NCBI GenBank assembly: GCA_963666115.2
Contig: CAXXET010000008.1
Coordinates: 96,001 to 160,000 of the forward strand
DNA from: Dehalococcoidia bacterium
Lineage (GTDB): Bacteria; Chloroflexota; Dehalococcoidia; UBA6926
Length of the DNA stretch: 64,000 nucleotides
Reading direction: 5' to 3'
The translations under genes were made by a program, and so were the position numbers. The number at the start of each line of letters is the position of its first letter. Positions within the stretch are counted from its first letter, which is position 1. Below the pieces are notes generated by a model. It searched no databases. It had not been told where the DNA came from and worked only from the letters and a program-made list of their open reading frames with translations. Shown piece after piece: positions 48,010 to 57,166 of this stretch.

Positions 48010-49059
48010 TCACCGGGAAAGTAGCGGGGATAGGGCATGTTCCGCGACGGCCTCCCCTACGGTGGCAACGACTGCGTTTCCAAATTGCTTGTATGCTTGC
48101 GTGTCAGAAACCGGAATCCTGAATTTGTGAACGGCTGTATCAAAGCCCATGAGGCGTGCGCATTCCCGAGGTGTCAGACGGCGCGGGTTGCCCCTTCCTC
48201 GCTTGACGAGGATTTCAGACCCGTCCTTGTAGTATCGTGCCGACATAGTTCGTGCAACATCTTCGGGCCCCACCAGACCAAAGCCAAAGCCATTGCCCCG
48301 CTTCCTGTGCTTTTCGGCGTAGTCACGCAGATAACGCCACAGGTGGTTAGTCAGAACGTACCGCCTATGCACTTTGCCTGATTTTTCCGTATATCGCTCC
48401 TCGCGTTCCTCGGTTCCATCCTCAGGGTGAAGTATCGCATTTAGCCTTGGTCCGTGATGCGGGTCCGGTACGTTCATCGTGTCGAGCGAGATGCCGTCGT
48501 TGTCCCGATAGCCAACAATGAAAATACGCTCGCGATGCTGTGGCACATACCCTTTGGCGTCTATCACCCGATAAGTGATGTTGTAGCCGAGCTCAACTTG
48601 CAGCGTCTCGCGAATAATCCTGAAAGTGTTTCCCTTGTCGTGATTGACGAGATTCTTGACGTTCTCCAGGACAAACATCTTGGGGCGATGGTGAGCAATG
48701 ACCCGGGCCGTATCGAAGAAGAGGGTCCCCTGAGTGTCACAGCGGAATCCTGTGGGCTGACCAATCGCGTTCTTCTTGCTGATGCCTGCTATGGAGAAGG
48801 GCTGGCAGGGAAAGCCCGCAAGTAACACGTCGTGCTGGGGGATTTGCTCCTCGCGGACTTGCCTGATGTCCCCCGCCATCATGTGACCGAATGGATCCTC
48901 GAAATTTGCGCGGTAAGTCCGTTGGGCATTGGCGTCGATTTCGCTGGTGAATACGCACTGCCCGCCAGCGATGTCGAAGCCTCGCCGAAGTCCGCCAATC
49001 CCTGCAAACAGATCGATGAAACGGAATTGAGGCCTTGATCGTCCGTCCGTCCCACTCAA
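48010..49059 (-). CDS. dcm: DNA cytosine-5 methyltransferase (Dcm/M.EcoRII-like)
   Basis: [45 protein letters not shown]; TTG start with GGGAGG RBS. Confidence 0.92.
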   Translation of the reverse strand: MSGTDGRSRPQFRFIDLFAGIGGLRRGFDIAGGQCVFTSEIDANAQRTYRANFEDPFGHMMAGDIRQVREEQIPQHDVLLAGFPCQPFSIAGISKKNAIGQPTGFRCDTQGTLFFDTARVIAHHRPKMFVLENVKNLVNHDKGNTFRIIRETLQVELGYNITYRVIDAKGYVPQHRERIFIVGYRDNDGISLDTMNVPDPHHGPRLNAILHPEDGTEEREERYTEKSGKVHRRYVLTNHLWRYLRDYAEKHRKRGNGFGFGLVGPEDVARTMSARYYKDGSEILVKRGRGNPRRLTPRECARLMGFDTAVHKFRIPVSDTQAYKQFGNAVVATVGEAVAEHALSPLLSR

Positions 49060-49086
49060 ACCGCAATGCCTCCCTGTCAGGTTAGT

Positions 49087-49098
49087 GAACGCCTGTTC
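49087..49098. promoter_or_regulatory. Putative LexA (SOS) box upstream of dcm
   Basis: Perfect GAAC-GCCT-GTTC about 28 bp upstream of the start. Confidence 0.6.
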
Positions 49099-49179
49099 TT
49101 TGGAAATGTTACCACACATTCGCGGCATTTGCATCCTTCGTCCGTAGCCAGCTGCACTTGACCGGTAAGGCCGCCCCCC

Positions 49180-49553
49180 CTCACCCCTCCCCAAACAACC
49201 CCCCCTCCAATCCCCCCCCCGCCATCCAAAACCGCCGGCGCCAACCGCGCATAAAGCTCCCGCGGCGCCAGCCGCCTCCGCAGCCCAGGCGAAAGCAGCT
49301 CCCACCGCCGCATCCACCAGGCCCCCTCCCTCAACGCCGTCGTATAGCACTGCGCAGCCTCCAGCCGTTGCGCCAGCACGCTCCGCACGTCAATCGCCGT
49401 CGTCGGTCGTTGCGATTCCTGCGCGCTCCGCAGCGCGTCGCCCATGTCGTCCAGGTTCTTGCTCCGGGCCAGCCGTCCAATACGCAGCCGCACCGATGAG
49501 GATGTGGGCGAGGTCGCCCGTTGCGCCGGTGGCGTCGAAGGGGGGTGTGACAT
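49180..49553 (-). CDS. Hypothetical protein divergent from the capsid operon; 3' end ambiguous in G runs
   Basis: Open frame MSHPP...[14 protein letters not shown]; its 3' end coincides with the right direct repeat. Confidence 0.3.
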
Positions 49554-49627
49554 GGGGGGTTGCGCGGTTGGGACGGGTGTTCTTATTTTGGTGGCATTGA
49601 GCGGCGCATGGCATGGAGGTGAGGCGG

Positions 49628-50518
49628 ATGGCTCTTACATTGACGGAGGCGGGGAAGCTTTCGAACGACGTTCTGCTGCAGGGCGTGATCGAGACGGTGA
49701 TCAAGGACAGCCCGGTTTTGCAGACGCTGCCGTTCATCGAGATCGTCGGGAACGGCCTGACGTACAACCGGGAGCGGACGGCGCCGACGGTGGGGTTCTA
49801 CGGCGTGGGCGACACGTGGTCGGAAAGCACGCCGCGGTTCACGCAGTTGACGGCGACGCTCTCAATCATGGGCGGCGACGCGGACGTGGACAACTACCTG
49901 CTGACGACGCGCTCCAACATCCAGGACCTGGAGGCGGCGGTGGTGCAGTTGAAGGCGCGGGCGCTCCAGCACAAGTTCGAGGACACGTTCATCAACGGGG
50001 ACACGGACAGCGATTCGGACTCGTTCGACGGCGTCGGCGTGCTGGCGACGGGGGACCAGGCGCTCTCGATGGGGGCGAACGGGGGCACGCTGACGCTGGA
50101 CAAGCTGGATGAGTTGATCGACGCGGTGCAGGGCGGGAAGCCGGACATGATCCTGATGAGCCGCCGCTCCCGCCGCGCGCTGAATTCGCTGGCGCGGAGC
50201 TCCGGCTCGGGCATCGTCGTGTCTGACCGCGATGAGCTTGGGCAGATGGTCCAGTACTACGACGGCGTTCCCATCGGCGTGAACGACTGGATCTCGGACG
50301 CGCAGACGGTGGGGACAAGCTCGGACTGCTCGACGATCTTCGCGTACCAGGCGGGCGAGGGCGGCCTGGTGGGGTTGACGTCGCCGGGCGGCTTGCAGGT
50401 GGAGCGCGTGGGGAGCCTGGAGACGAAGGACGCGCGGCGGACGCGGATGAAGTGGTACGTGGGGATGGCGTTGTTCAATGCGGCGAAGCTGGCGAAGTTG
50501 GAGGGGGTTCGCGGGTAG
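49628..50518 (+). CDS. Phage-type major capsid protein (probable HK97 fold)
   Basis: MALTLTEAGKLS...GVIETVIKDSPVL..LPF...GNGLTYNRE, GGDADVDNY, FINGD..FDG, TLDKLDELID, YDGVPI; GGAGGTGA RBS. Confidence 0.85.
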   Translation: MALTLTEAGKLSNDVLLQGVIETVIKDSPVLQTLPFIEIVGNGLTYNRERTAPTVGFYGVGDTWSESTPRFTQLTATLSIMGGDADVDNYLLTTRSNIQDLEAAVVQLKARALQHKFEDTFINGDTDSDSDSFDGVGVLATGDQALSMGANGGTLTLDKLDELIDAVQGGKPDMILMSRRSRRALNSLARSSGSGIVVSDRDELGQMVQYYDGVPIGVNDWISDAQTVGTSSDCSTIFAYQAGEGGLVGLTSPGGLQVERVGSLETKDARRTRMKWYVGMALFNAAKLAKLEGVRG

Positions 50519-51124
50519 ATGAGCACGTTGACGGAGGTGCGGACGCGGGTGCGGCGCGACCTGCACGACGAGGATTCGACGGGGTACCGCTGGACGGACG
50601 ACGTTCTGGACCGGCACATCGAACGCGCGCTGGCCAAGGTGTCAACGGTCGCGCCGCAGGAGAAGACGGCGTCCAGGACTTTGGCGGGCGGGAGCCGGGA
50701 GATCTCCGTCGCCGACCTGACGGACCGCGTGGCAGTGGAGGCGGTGGAGTATCCCGTGGGCCACTACCCGCCGGCCCGCGTGCGGTTCAACCAGTGGGGC
50801 GACACGCTCCTGCTGAGCCTGCCCGCGGCGCCGGCGGGCGGGGAGAGCGTGACGGTGTACTACGGGGCGCTGCACCGGCTGACGGACAGCGCGTCCACGC
50901 TGCCGGAGTCGCTGGAGGAGCTGGTGATCACGGGGGCGGCGGCATACGCGGCGGTGGAATGGGCGGGGTACGCGGTGAACCGGCTCAACGTCGGGGGGCA
51001 GGACGTGTGGCGGCAGTACCTGACGTGGGGGGAGGAGCGGATGGCGGACTTTGAACTGCAACTTGCGCGAATCGGGCGGCGCTCCGGCTTCCGCCTCCAC
51101 CAACTCTTCAATCCGGACGAATAA
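50519..51124 (+). CDS. Putative head-tail adaptor/connector
   Basis: TLTEVRTRVRRDL.D....RWTDD.LDRHI..A pattern of adaptor families; abuts the capsid gene. Confidence 0.6.
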   Translation: MSTLTEVRTRVRRDLHDEDSTGYRWTDDVLDRHIERALAKVSTVAPQEKTASRTLAGGSREISVADLTDRVAVEAVEYPVGHYPPARVRFNQWGDTLLLSLPAAPAGGESVTVYYGALHRLTDSASTLPESLEELVITGAAAYAAVEWAGYAVNRLNVGGQDVWRQYLTWGEERMADFELQLARIGRRSGFRLHQLFNPDE

Positions 51125-51139
51125 CAGGAGCGGTCAGTC

Positions 51140-53125
51140 ATGCACACACTTTCCAAGACGCTTTTGACGGCGCAGCGCGGCCGCTCGGCCATCCCGTACG
51201 TGGACGTTTCGCTGGCGGCGCGGTGGGGCGGGACGGCACAGCTGCGGTGGGAGCGGCTGTACACGGGGACGGAGCCGGACGGGGCGCACGCGGCCATCGT
51301 CAGCGCGAGCGGGGCGTTGATCCGCGTGAGGACGCAGACCAAACCCAACGGGTTTTTTGTCCAACGGGCGGCATCGCCGGGGCCGACGGCGCAGTTTGGG
51401 ACGTGGCAGAGCCTGGGGGCGACATCCACCGGAGGCGGGGTCGCGATAGCGGAAATCGGCAGCCGCGTTCGCGTCTTCGACGTTGGGTCGAACGGGCGGG
51501 ACATCCGAGAGTGGTCAAGCCTGAACGACGGGGCCTCGTTCGGCTCGCCCACCACGATTGCGACGAACGCGGCGCCGGTGAGGTCGCTTGCGGCGGCGTC
51601 CGGGGCGGGCGGGGCGGCGCTGATTCTCTACGCGGATTCCACGGGCGCGCTGCGCGCCATGACACGCGAGGCGGGGGCGTGGACGGCGGCAACGACGTGG
51701 AGCAACACGCTCTCCAGCATCGACGGGGTCACATGCGCGTCTATCGACGGGGATTGGGCGGTTGTCGTGTGCGGGACGCTCGAGGACGGGTCATCGGGCG
51801 TGTGGAGCTGCGTGCTGGGGGCGGGGTCATCGCAGACGGCCGGCACGTGGTCGGCGCTCCGGGAGGTCATCGCCTCGGCGTCCGGGGCAGGTGTGACGTA
51901 CCGGCAGCCGAGCCTGTGCGTCGCGGACGGGCCGCGGCTGAGCTTCGTCGAGTCGTTCGGCGGGGTGAAGGGCTACGTCCAGACGCTGACGACGCACGCG
52001 CCGGCGTCGGCGCGGTTTCGCGACCACCGCTGGCGGGAGCCGTCGCCGTTCGTCGGAACGCCGCGGGTAGGGCCTGCGCTGGCCGCGAATTCATCGCACG
52101 CGTGGCTGACGACGCCGTCCGGGGTGTGGCGGGCGGGGATCGCCGCGCCGGACATCGATCTATCAGACTCGGTCATCTATGCGGATGTCAAAGAGACGCC
52201 GCGCGGGTCGTCGTTGACGCTGCACCTGGCGGAGGATTCGCGGCTCGATTCGTCAATCACCCAGGGCTCCGGGCCGCTGGGGCATGAGGTCAGCATCGCG
52301 TGGGGGTATGAGACGAGCGCGGGCGGGGAGACGGGGCAGGCGCAGCGGTACTGGACGCGGGAGGTGCGGCGGGAGACGCGGCGGGGCGGCCCGGTGACGG
52401 TGCTGGAGGCGGAGGACGCATGGTGGTTCCTGGCCAACACGCGGACGCGCCGGCAGTTGGTCTGGCCGGCGCACACGACGTCCGTGTGGAACATCCTGCT
52501 TCGCCTGTTGACGATGGCGGGGCTGTCCGCGTCGCTGGCCCGCTCAAGCCCGTCGATCGTGTCGACGTATCCGGCGATGACGGTGTCGCCGAATGAGAGC
52601 CTCGCGGTGGCGATCAACCGGCTGATGGCGCGCGTTCCCGATCTGCTGCGGTTTTCGGACGGGGTCATGGAGGCCATCCAGGCGCTGGCGACAGACTCGG
52701 CGGCGTACGCGTACGGCGGGACGGGCGAGCACGCGCTGCTGGACGCGGGGCGGTCATCGACGCTGTCGCGGGTGAATCACGTGCAGGTGTACGGGGACGG
52801 GGCGGTTGGACAGGCGGTCAACGAGGCGGAGGTGGAGTCGATCGGCAACCTGCTGGTGCAGGTGGTGGACCGCTCGCTGACGACGGCGCACGTGGCCACG
52901 ATCCGGGCGGAGGCGGAACTGCGGACGCGCGGGGCGCTCCAGCCGTTCGCGCGGATCACGGTTCCGGTGAACGCGGGGCAGCAGCTGCATGACGTGGTGA
53001 CGGTGACCGCGCCGGACGTGGGGTGGGACAAGGAGCGCCTGCGCGTGGCGGGGCTGCGGACGCGGTACGACGTGGGCGGGCCGCAGTCGGTCTACCGGCA
53101 GGACATCGACCTGGGCGGGGTGTAG
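51140..53125 (+). CDS. Large virion-like protein (beta-propeller-like N-terminus, tail hub-like C-terminus)
   Basis: Trp/Ser/Gly-rich beta segments incl. Asp-box-like SSLNDGASF; C-terminal PVNAGQQLHDVVTV...RVAGL. Confidence 0.5.
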   Translation: MHTLSKTLLTAQRGRSAIPYVDVSLAARWGGTAQLRWERLYTGTEPDGAHAAIVSASGALIRVRTQTKPNGFFVQRAASPGPTAQFGTWQSLGATSTGGGVAIAEIGSRVRVFDVGSNGRDIREWSSLNDGASFGSPTTIATNAAPVRSLAAASGAGGAALILYADSTGALRAMTREAGAWTAATTWSNTLSSIDGVTCASIDGDWAVVVCGTLEDGSSGVWSCVLGAGSSQTAGTWSALREVIASASGAGVTYRQPSLCVADGPRLSFVESFGGVKGYVQTLTTHAPASARFRDHRWREPSPFVGTPRVGPALAANSSHAWLTTPSGVWRAGIAAPDIDLSDSVIYADVKETPRGSSLTLHLAEDSRLDSSITQGSGPLGHEVSIAWGYETSAGGETGQAQRYWTREVRRETRRGGPVTVLEAEDAWWFLANTRTRRQLVWPAHTTSVWNILLRLLTMAGLSASLARSSPSIVSTYPAMTVSPNESLAVAINRLMARVPDLLRFSDGVMEAIQALATDSAAYAYGGTGEHALLDAGRSSTLSRVNHVQVYGDGAVGQAVNEAEVESIGNLLVQVVDRSLTTAHVATIRAEAELRTRGALQPFARITVPVNAGQQLHDVVTVTAPDVGWDKERLRVAGLRTRYDVGGPQSVYRQDIDLGGV

Positions 53126-53129
53126 GGCT

Positions 53130-53345
53130 ATGGAACTGCGGCGCGGGACGATCAAGGAGTTCGATAAGACGTCGTTCACCGCCTCCGTGCAGTTGGACGG
53201 GAGCGTGCCGGCGTGGCTGACGGGGGCGCGCGTGAGCCGCGCCATCGCGGCGACGGCGATGCTGGCGGGCCGCTCGTGCATCGTGGCGTTCGCGGCCGAT
53301 CCGTCCGATCCGACGGAGGCGGTGGTGATTGCGGTGTACGTGTGA
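53130..53345 (+). CDS. Small OB-fold spike/baseplate-like protein
   Basis: RRGTIKEFD....ASVQL...GRSCIVAF..DP....VVIAV resembles gpV/gp5 N-terminal OB fold. Confidence 0.5.
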   Translation: MELRRGTIKEFDKTSFTASVQLDGSVPAWLTGARVSRAIAATAMLAGRSCIVAFAADPSDPTEAVVIAVYV

Positions 53346-53363
53346 GCAAATCATACTGGCGGC

Positions 53364-53711
53364 ATGATCCTCTTCAAGGAGCCGAGCGTTCAACTGATCC
53401 TGCGCGGTGAGAAATCGCAGGCGCGCAAGCTGTGGGCGCGGGCGCGAGCCAAGGAGGGCGCGGAGCACCTCCTGTACCGCCGCCCGCCGATGACGGGCGA
53501 GAAGCCGTTCGCGCGAATCCTGGTGACGCGCGTCTGGAAGCAGCGCATCGGGGACATGACACCCGAAGAAGCGCGCGCGGAGGGGTGGCCGGATAAGGCG
53601 TCGTGGATCGAGCAGTTCAGCGCGGGGCGGAAGTTTGACGGGCCCATAGAAGACGTAGAAGTCTACGCCCTGGAATTCACAGTAATAGACCGCTTCGAAG
53701 AACCCGCCTAG
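53364..53711 (+). CDS. ASCH domain protein
   Basis: ILRGEKSQARK, FARILVT.V..QRIGDMT.EEARAEG. Confidence 0.8.
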   Translation: MILFKEPSVQLILRGEKSQARKLWARARAKEGAEHLLYRRPPMTGEKPFARILVTRVWKQRIGDMTPEEARAEGWPDKASWIEQFSAGRKFDGPIEDVEVYALEFTVIDRFEEPA

Positions 53712-53715
53712 CGGC

Positions 53716-54016
53716 GGATTCCCGCCCCCCCACTCCCCCTGAGCCGCCCCCCCACTCCCCCTGAGCCGCCCGCCCGCTCACCCTGAGCCGCCCGCCCGCT
53801 CACCCTGACCCCGTCGAAGAGCGCCCCCCCGTCCGTCATTCCCGCGCACGCGGGAATCCGGCACACATTACGCAACCCACTTCGTAACGCCTGACAACCC
53901 CAATGCCATGTCATTCTGAGCGCAGCGAAGAATCCAAAGACCCAATGGTGCCCCCCACTCCCCCTGACCCCGTCGAAGAGCGCCCCCCTCCGTCATTCCC
54001 GCGCACGCGGGAATCT
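53716..54016. repeat. Repeat mosaic: tandem 20-22 bp CCCTGAGCCGCC units plus families A, B and C
   Basis: Tandem units at 53725-53810; family C TGTCATTCTGAGCGCAGCGAAGAATC at about 53909 (reverse copy at about 62923). Confidence 0.8.
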
Positions 54017-54187
54017 AAATCTCACTGGCCTAGCAAGCCCCCACCTAGCTGCAAAACAAACCCTTGTGCTATTCTCGATCGAGAACGGGTGAACAGGAAG
54101 AGGAGAGACAACGAGCCATGTTCTTTGCAGCAGCCTCAATAAGTTTGACTGCGGCTGTGGCACTAGACGCAATAAGGCGGTGAGGGA

Positions 54188-55417
54188 TTGCCTGACCTAA
54201 ACGTCCCCAACCGCACCCTCTTCCACGGCGACAACCTGCCGTTCCTCCGCGGCTTGAACAGCGAGTCGGTCCACCTAATCGCGACGGACCCGCCGTTCAA
54301 CAAGGGACGCGATTTCCACGCGACTCCGGACAGCCTCGCGCGCGGCGCAAAGTTCCAGGACCGCTGGAAGTGGGACGAGGATGTCCAGGGCGAGTGGGTC
54401 GACCAGATCACGGACGACTGGCCGAAAGTGATGAACGTCATCAACGGCTCGCGAGAGAGCTACGGCGACGACATGGGCGCGTTCCTGTGCTTTATGGCCG
54501 TCCGGTTGATCGAGATGCGTCGCGTGCTGCGCGATGACGGCAGCATCTACCTTCATTGCGATCCGACAGCGAGCCACTATCTGAAGGAACTGATGGACGC
54601 CATTTTTGGCAAGAAGAACTTTCAGAACGAGATCATCTGGAGTTATGGCTTGGGAGGCTCTTCACAACGTCGCTATTCCCGTAAACACGACATAATTCTC
54701 TTCTACTCAAAGTCCAGCAACTACACATTCAATAAGCCCCAAATCCCAGCTTCTTCCCAGATGCTAAAGGGACAGTCGAAAGGTGCCACCGACGTTTGGG
54801 AAATCCCCTCCATCAACAATATGGCAAAGGAGAGAACGGGATACCCTACCCAAAAGCCTCTACCACTGTACGAGCGCATCATCAGCGCGAGCAGCAATGA
54901 GGGTGACGTCGTGCTCGATCCATTCGCGGGATGCGCGACGACACCCATCGCGGCTGAGCGGCTCGGTCGACAGTGGGTTGGGGCGGATATTTGGGACGGG
55001 GCGTTGGAAGTCGTCAAGCAGCGAATGGAGGACAACCGGCAGTTGTTGACGGAACCTAATCCGCAGATCAACTTCATCACTGAGCCCCCAGAGCGAACGG
55101 ACGACGCAGAAGAGGCAGTGCCGTTCCTACAGGTGAAGGAGCGCTACAAGGAACCTGCCGGGCCTCGAATGACGCGGCAAGAGATGTTCGACCATCTCAT
55201 CGCACAGAACGGCCAGAAATGCCAGGGCTGCGACCGGACGTTTGATGATCCGCTCTACCTGGAGTTGGATCACAACACGCCGCGCTCGCAGGGCGGGTGG
55301 AATCACATTATGAATCGGGTGCTGCTGTGCGGGCCGTGTAATCGGATCAAGAGCAACGTCTACACGCTGGAGGGCCTGCGGCGGGAGAACCGGCGGCGTG
55401 GGCGGATGGCAGGGTAA
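54188..55417 (+). CDS. Beta-class amino DNA methyltransferase fused to HNH endonuclease
   Basis: DPPFN, GYPTQKP, VLDPFAG; C-terminal CQGC..ELDH.TPRSQGG.N..N..LLCGPCN..K. Confidence 0.85.
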   Translation: MPDLNVPNRTLFHGDNLPFLRGLNSESVHLIATDPPFNKGRDFHATPDSLARGAKFQDRWKWDEDVQGEWVDQITDDWPKVMNVINGSRESYGDDMGAFLCFMAVRLIEMRRVLRDDGSIYLHCDPTASHYLKELMDAIFGKKNFQNEIIWSYGLGGSSQRRYSRKHDIILFYSKSSNYTFNKPQIPASSQMLKGQSKGATDVWEIPSINNMAKERTGYPTQKPLPLYERIISASSNEGDVVLDPFAGCATTPIAAERLGRQWVGADIWDGALEVVKQRMEDNRQLLTEPNPQINFITEPPERTDDAEEAVPFLQVKERYKEPAGPRMTRQEMFDHLIAQNGQKCQGCDRTFDDPLYLELDHNTPRSQGGWNHIMNRVLLCGPCNRIKSNVYTLEGLRRENRRRGRMAG

Positions 55418-55535
55418 GGCGATATGAGAATTCACATCAAAATGGGGCGCCGTTCACGGCGTAGCCTAATGTGCCTCCAACCCGCAGTGAACGCCAATAA
55501 CAAGCAGACGCTGAGGACGTTGGTGGAGGCGGGGA

Positions 55536-56627
55536 TTGAGGGGTAGGATGGCAACCTTTCGCGCAGCCACTAGAGCACTCCGGGTGACCCTTGGTCTAAT
55601 CTTCTTTGGGGTCATCCTCACGGTCATACTCGAATTGTACGTCGCCGGTATTGTGTCGCTTGGACCACGCTTTGTGCCATCGGCCTTTATCGCGCTTCTA
55701 ATCGCGACATCGATACTTGTGGTCGGGTGGAGGGTACTTGGAAGCCTTGATGAACGCCGAACTCGCATATTGACCAAACGCTATTCGCGGCGATTCGTCA
55801 GGCGGTACATTCGGCCACGTGCACGGAGATACTATTCTTTGCTTCTCATATTTCTCTTGGCTGGGCTAGTGATCTTTCTTGCTTCGATGGCTTTCGCATC
55901 AGGTTCGCGTTCCAAAGATGCGGATGTCGCTCTTCAATCATTCAACCTAAAGCACGTTGCGGAAGCAGGAAACGGCGCTCTAGAGAGTACGCTGGTCGAG
56001 TATGAGAGAGCCCGGCGGCAACTTGCAAAGCGCTGGGCGGTATCCAATCCCAGTCCTCCTATTGACCTGTATCTTTTCAAGGATCTTGAAGAGTATAGAG
56101 AATTCTCCGGTGACGATTGGTCCGGTGGCGCCGCAAGTTGCCAAGAAAACAACGCGGCTGTTTTTGCTCCCCTCGAAAAGGCGTGGAGCATGTTTCAATC
56201 GGACTTTACATCACTCACTCCACGACATGAAATGCTGCACGCCATTTGGTGCCAGATTTTGGGGCGGGAGTCCTTCTATTCGATTCCGCTCTGGTTCCAC
56301 GAGGGCATGGCGGGACACTTTGCAAACGAAGAGACGGCTCTCTTTAATAGGGGGCTAAATCGCTGGTGGGTGTGGATTAGCCGCGGTAGCTTGCTACGTA
56401 CAGCTGAGTTTTGCGTTTATGAACCCAGGGACAACCATACTGAGATAGGTCTCTTCTACGGTGCCTCGTATGAGTTCATCCGGTCGCTTGAGGCAAAGCA
56501 TGGAATCGAGAATCTCGACGCGGTGATAGACGACATCAGAGATGGAAAGACTTTCGACGATAGTTTGCGTGATCGCCTGGGCGGTACTTGCAACGAGCTG
56601 TACGCCGAATGGCGTGAGAGCCTGTAG
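55536..56627 (+). CDS. Membrane-anchored gluzincin (peptidase MA-like)
   Basis: Three TM helices; HEMLH...PLWFHEGMA. Confidence 0.75.
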   Translation: MRGRMATFRAATRALRVTLGLIFFGVILTVILELYVAGIVSLGPRFVPSAFIALLIATSILVVGWRVLGSLDERRTRILTKRYSRRFVRRYIRPRARRYYSLLLIFLLAGLVIFLASMAFASGSRSKDADVALQSFNLKHVAEAGNGALESTLVEYERARRQLAKRWAVSNPSPPIDLYLFKDLEEYREFSGDDWSGGAASCQENNAAVFAPLEKAWSMFQSDFTSLTPRHEMLHAIWCQILGRESFYSIPLWFHEGMAGHFANEETALFNRGLNRWWVWISRGSLLRTAEFCVYEPRDNHTEIGLFYGASYEFIRSLEAKHGIENLDAVIDDIRDGKTFDDSLRDRLGGTCNELYAEWRESL

Positions 56628-56651
56628 GCGCTCCACGCTCTAGGCGCATCG

Positions 56652-57105
56652 CCCGATGGATTCCCGCTTTCGCGGGAAAAAGGGGGGGCGGGGGGGGGGG
56701 GTCTTCGACGGGGGCGGGGGCTGACGGTCGTCGGTTGGCGGCACGGGGTTTGGTTGGCGGAGTATGCGCCAGATTCCCGCGTGCGCGGGAATGACGGAGG
56801 GGGCGGCCCCCACCTACGCGGGGGATACGGAGGGGGGCGGGAGAAGGGGGAGCCCGATGGATTCCGGCTTTCGCCGGAATGAGGGGAGGGGGGCGCCCGT
56901 CGACGGGCTCAGGGTGAACGGGGGGGGCGGAAAAGGCGGAGGGGCCCGATGGATTCCGGCTTTCGCCGGAATGACGGAGGGGGGCGCCCTTCGACAGGCT
57001 CAGGGTGAACGGGGGGGGCGGTCGTCGGTTGGCGGCACGGGGTTTGGTTGGGGGGGTATGCGCCAGATTCCCGCGTGCGCGGGAATGACGGAGGGGGGCG
57101 GCCCC
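56652..57105 (+). repeat. Repeat mosaic with a duplicated ~75-bp composite unit
   Basis: GGTCGTCGGTTGGCGGCACGGGGTTTGGTTGG..GTATGCGCCAGATTCCCGCGTGCGCGGGAATGACGG at about 56727 and 57020; two ATTCCGGCTTTCGCCGGAAT copies. Confidence 0.85.
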
Positions 57106-57166
57106 CGCCCACGTCCGTCAGAATCCCCCGCGCTCGTGGTTCATGCCCATCCATTATCATTACCCC

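Noticed and set aside
49613-53711. Intact prophage
   Set aside because: No integrase, att sites, portal, terminase, replication or lysis genes in or near the cluster
53716-53830. CRISPR array from tandem 20-22 bp units
   Set aside because: Units are adjacent with no unique spacers, derive from repeat family B, and no cas genes are present
56652-57105. CRISPR array or IS element
   Set aside because: Irregular mosaic of hairpin repeats with duplicated inter-repeat sequence; no transposase
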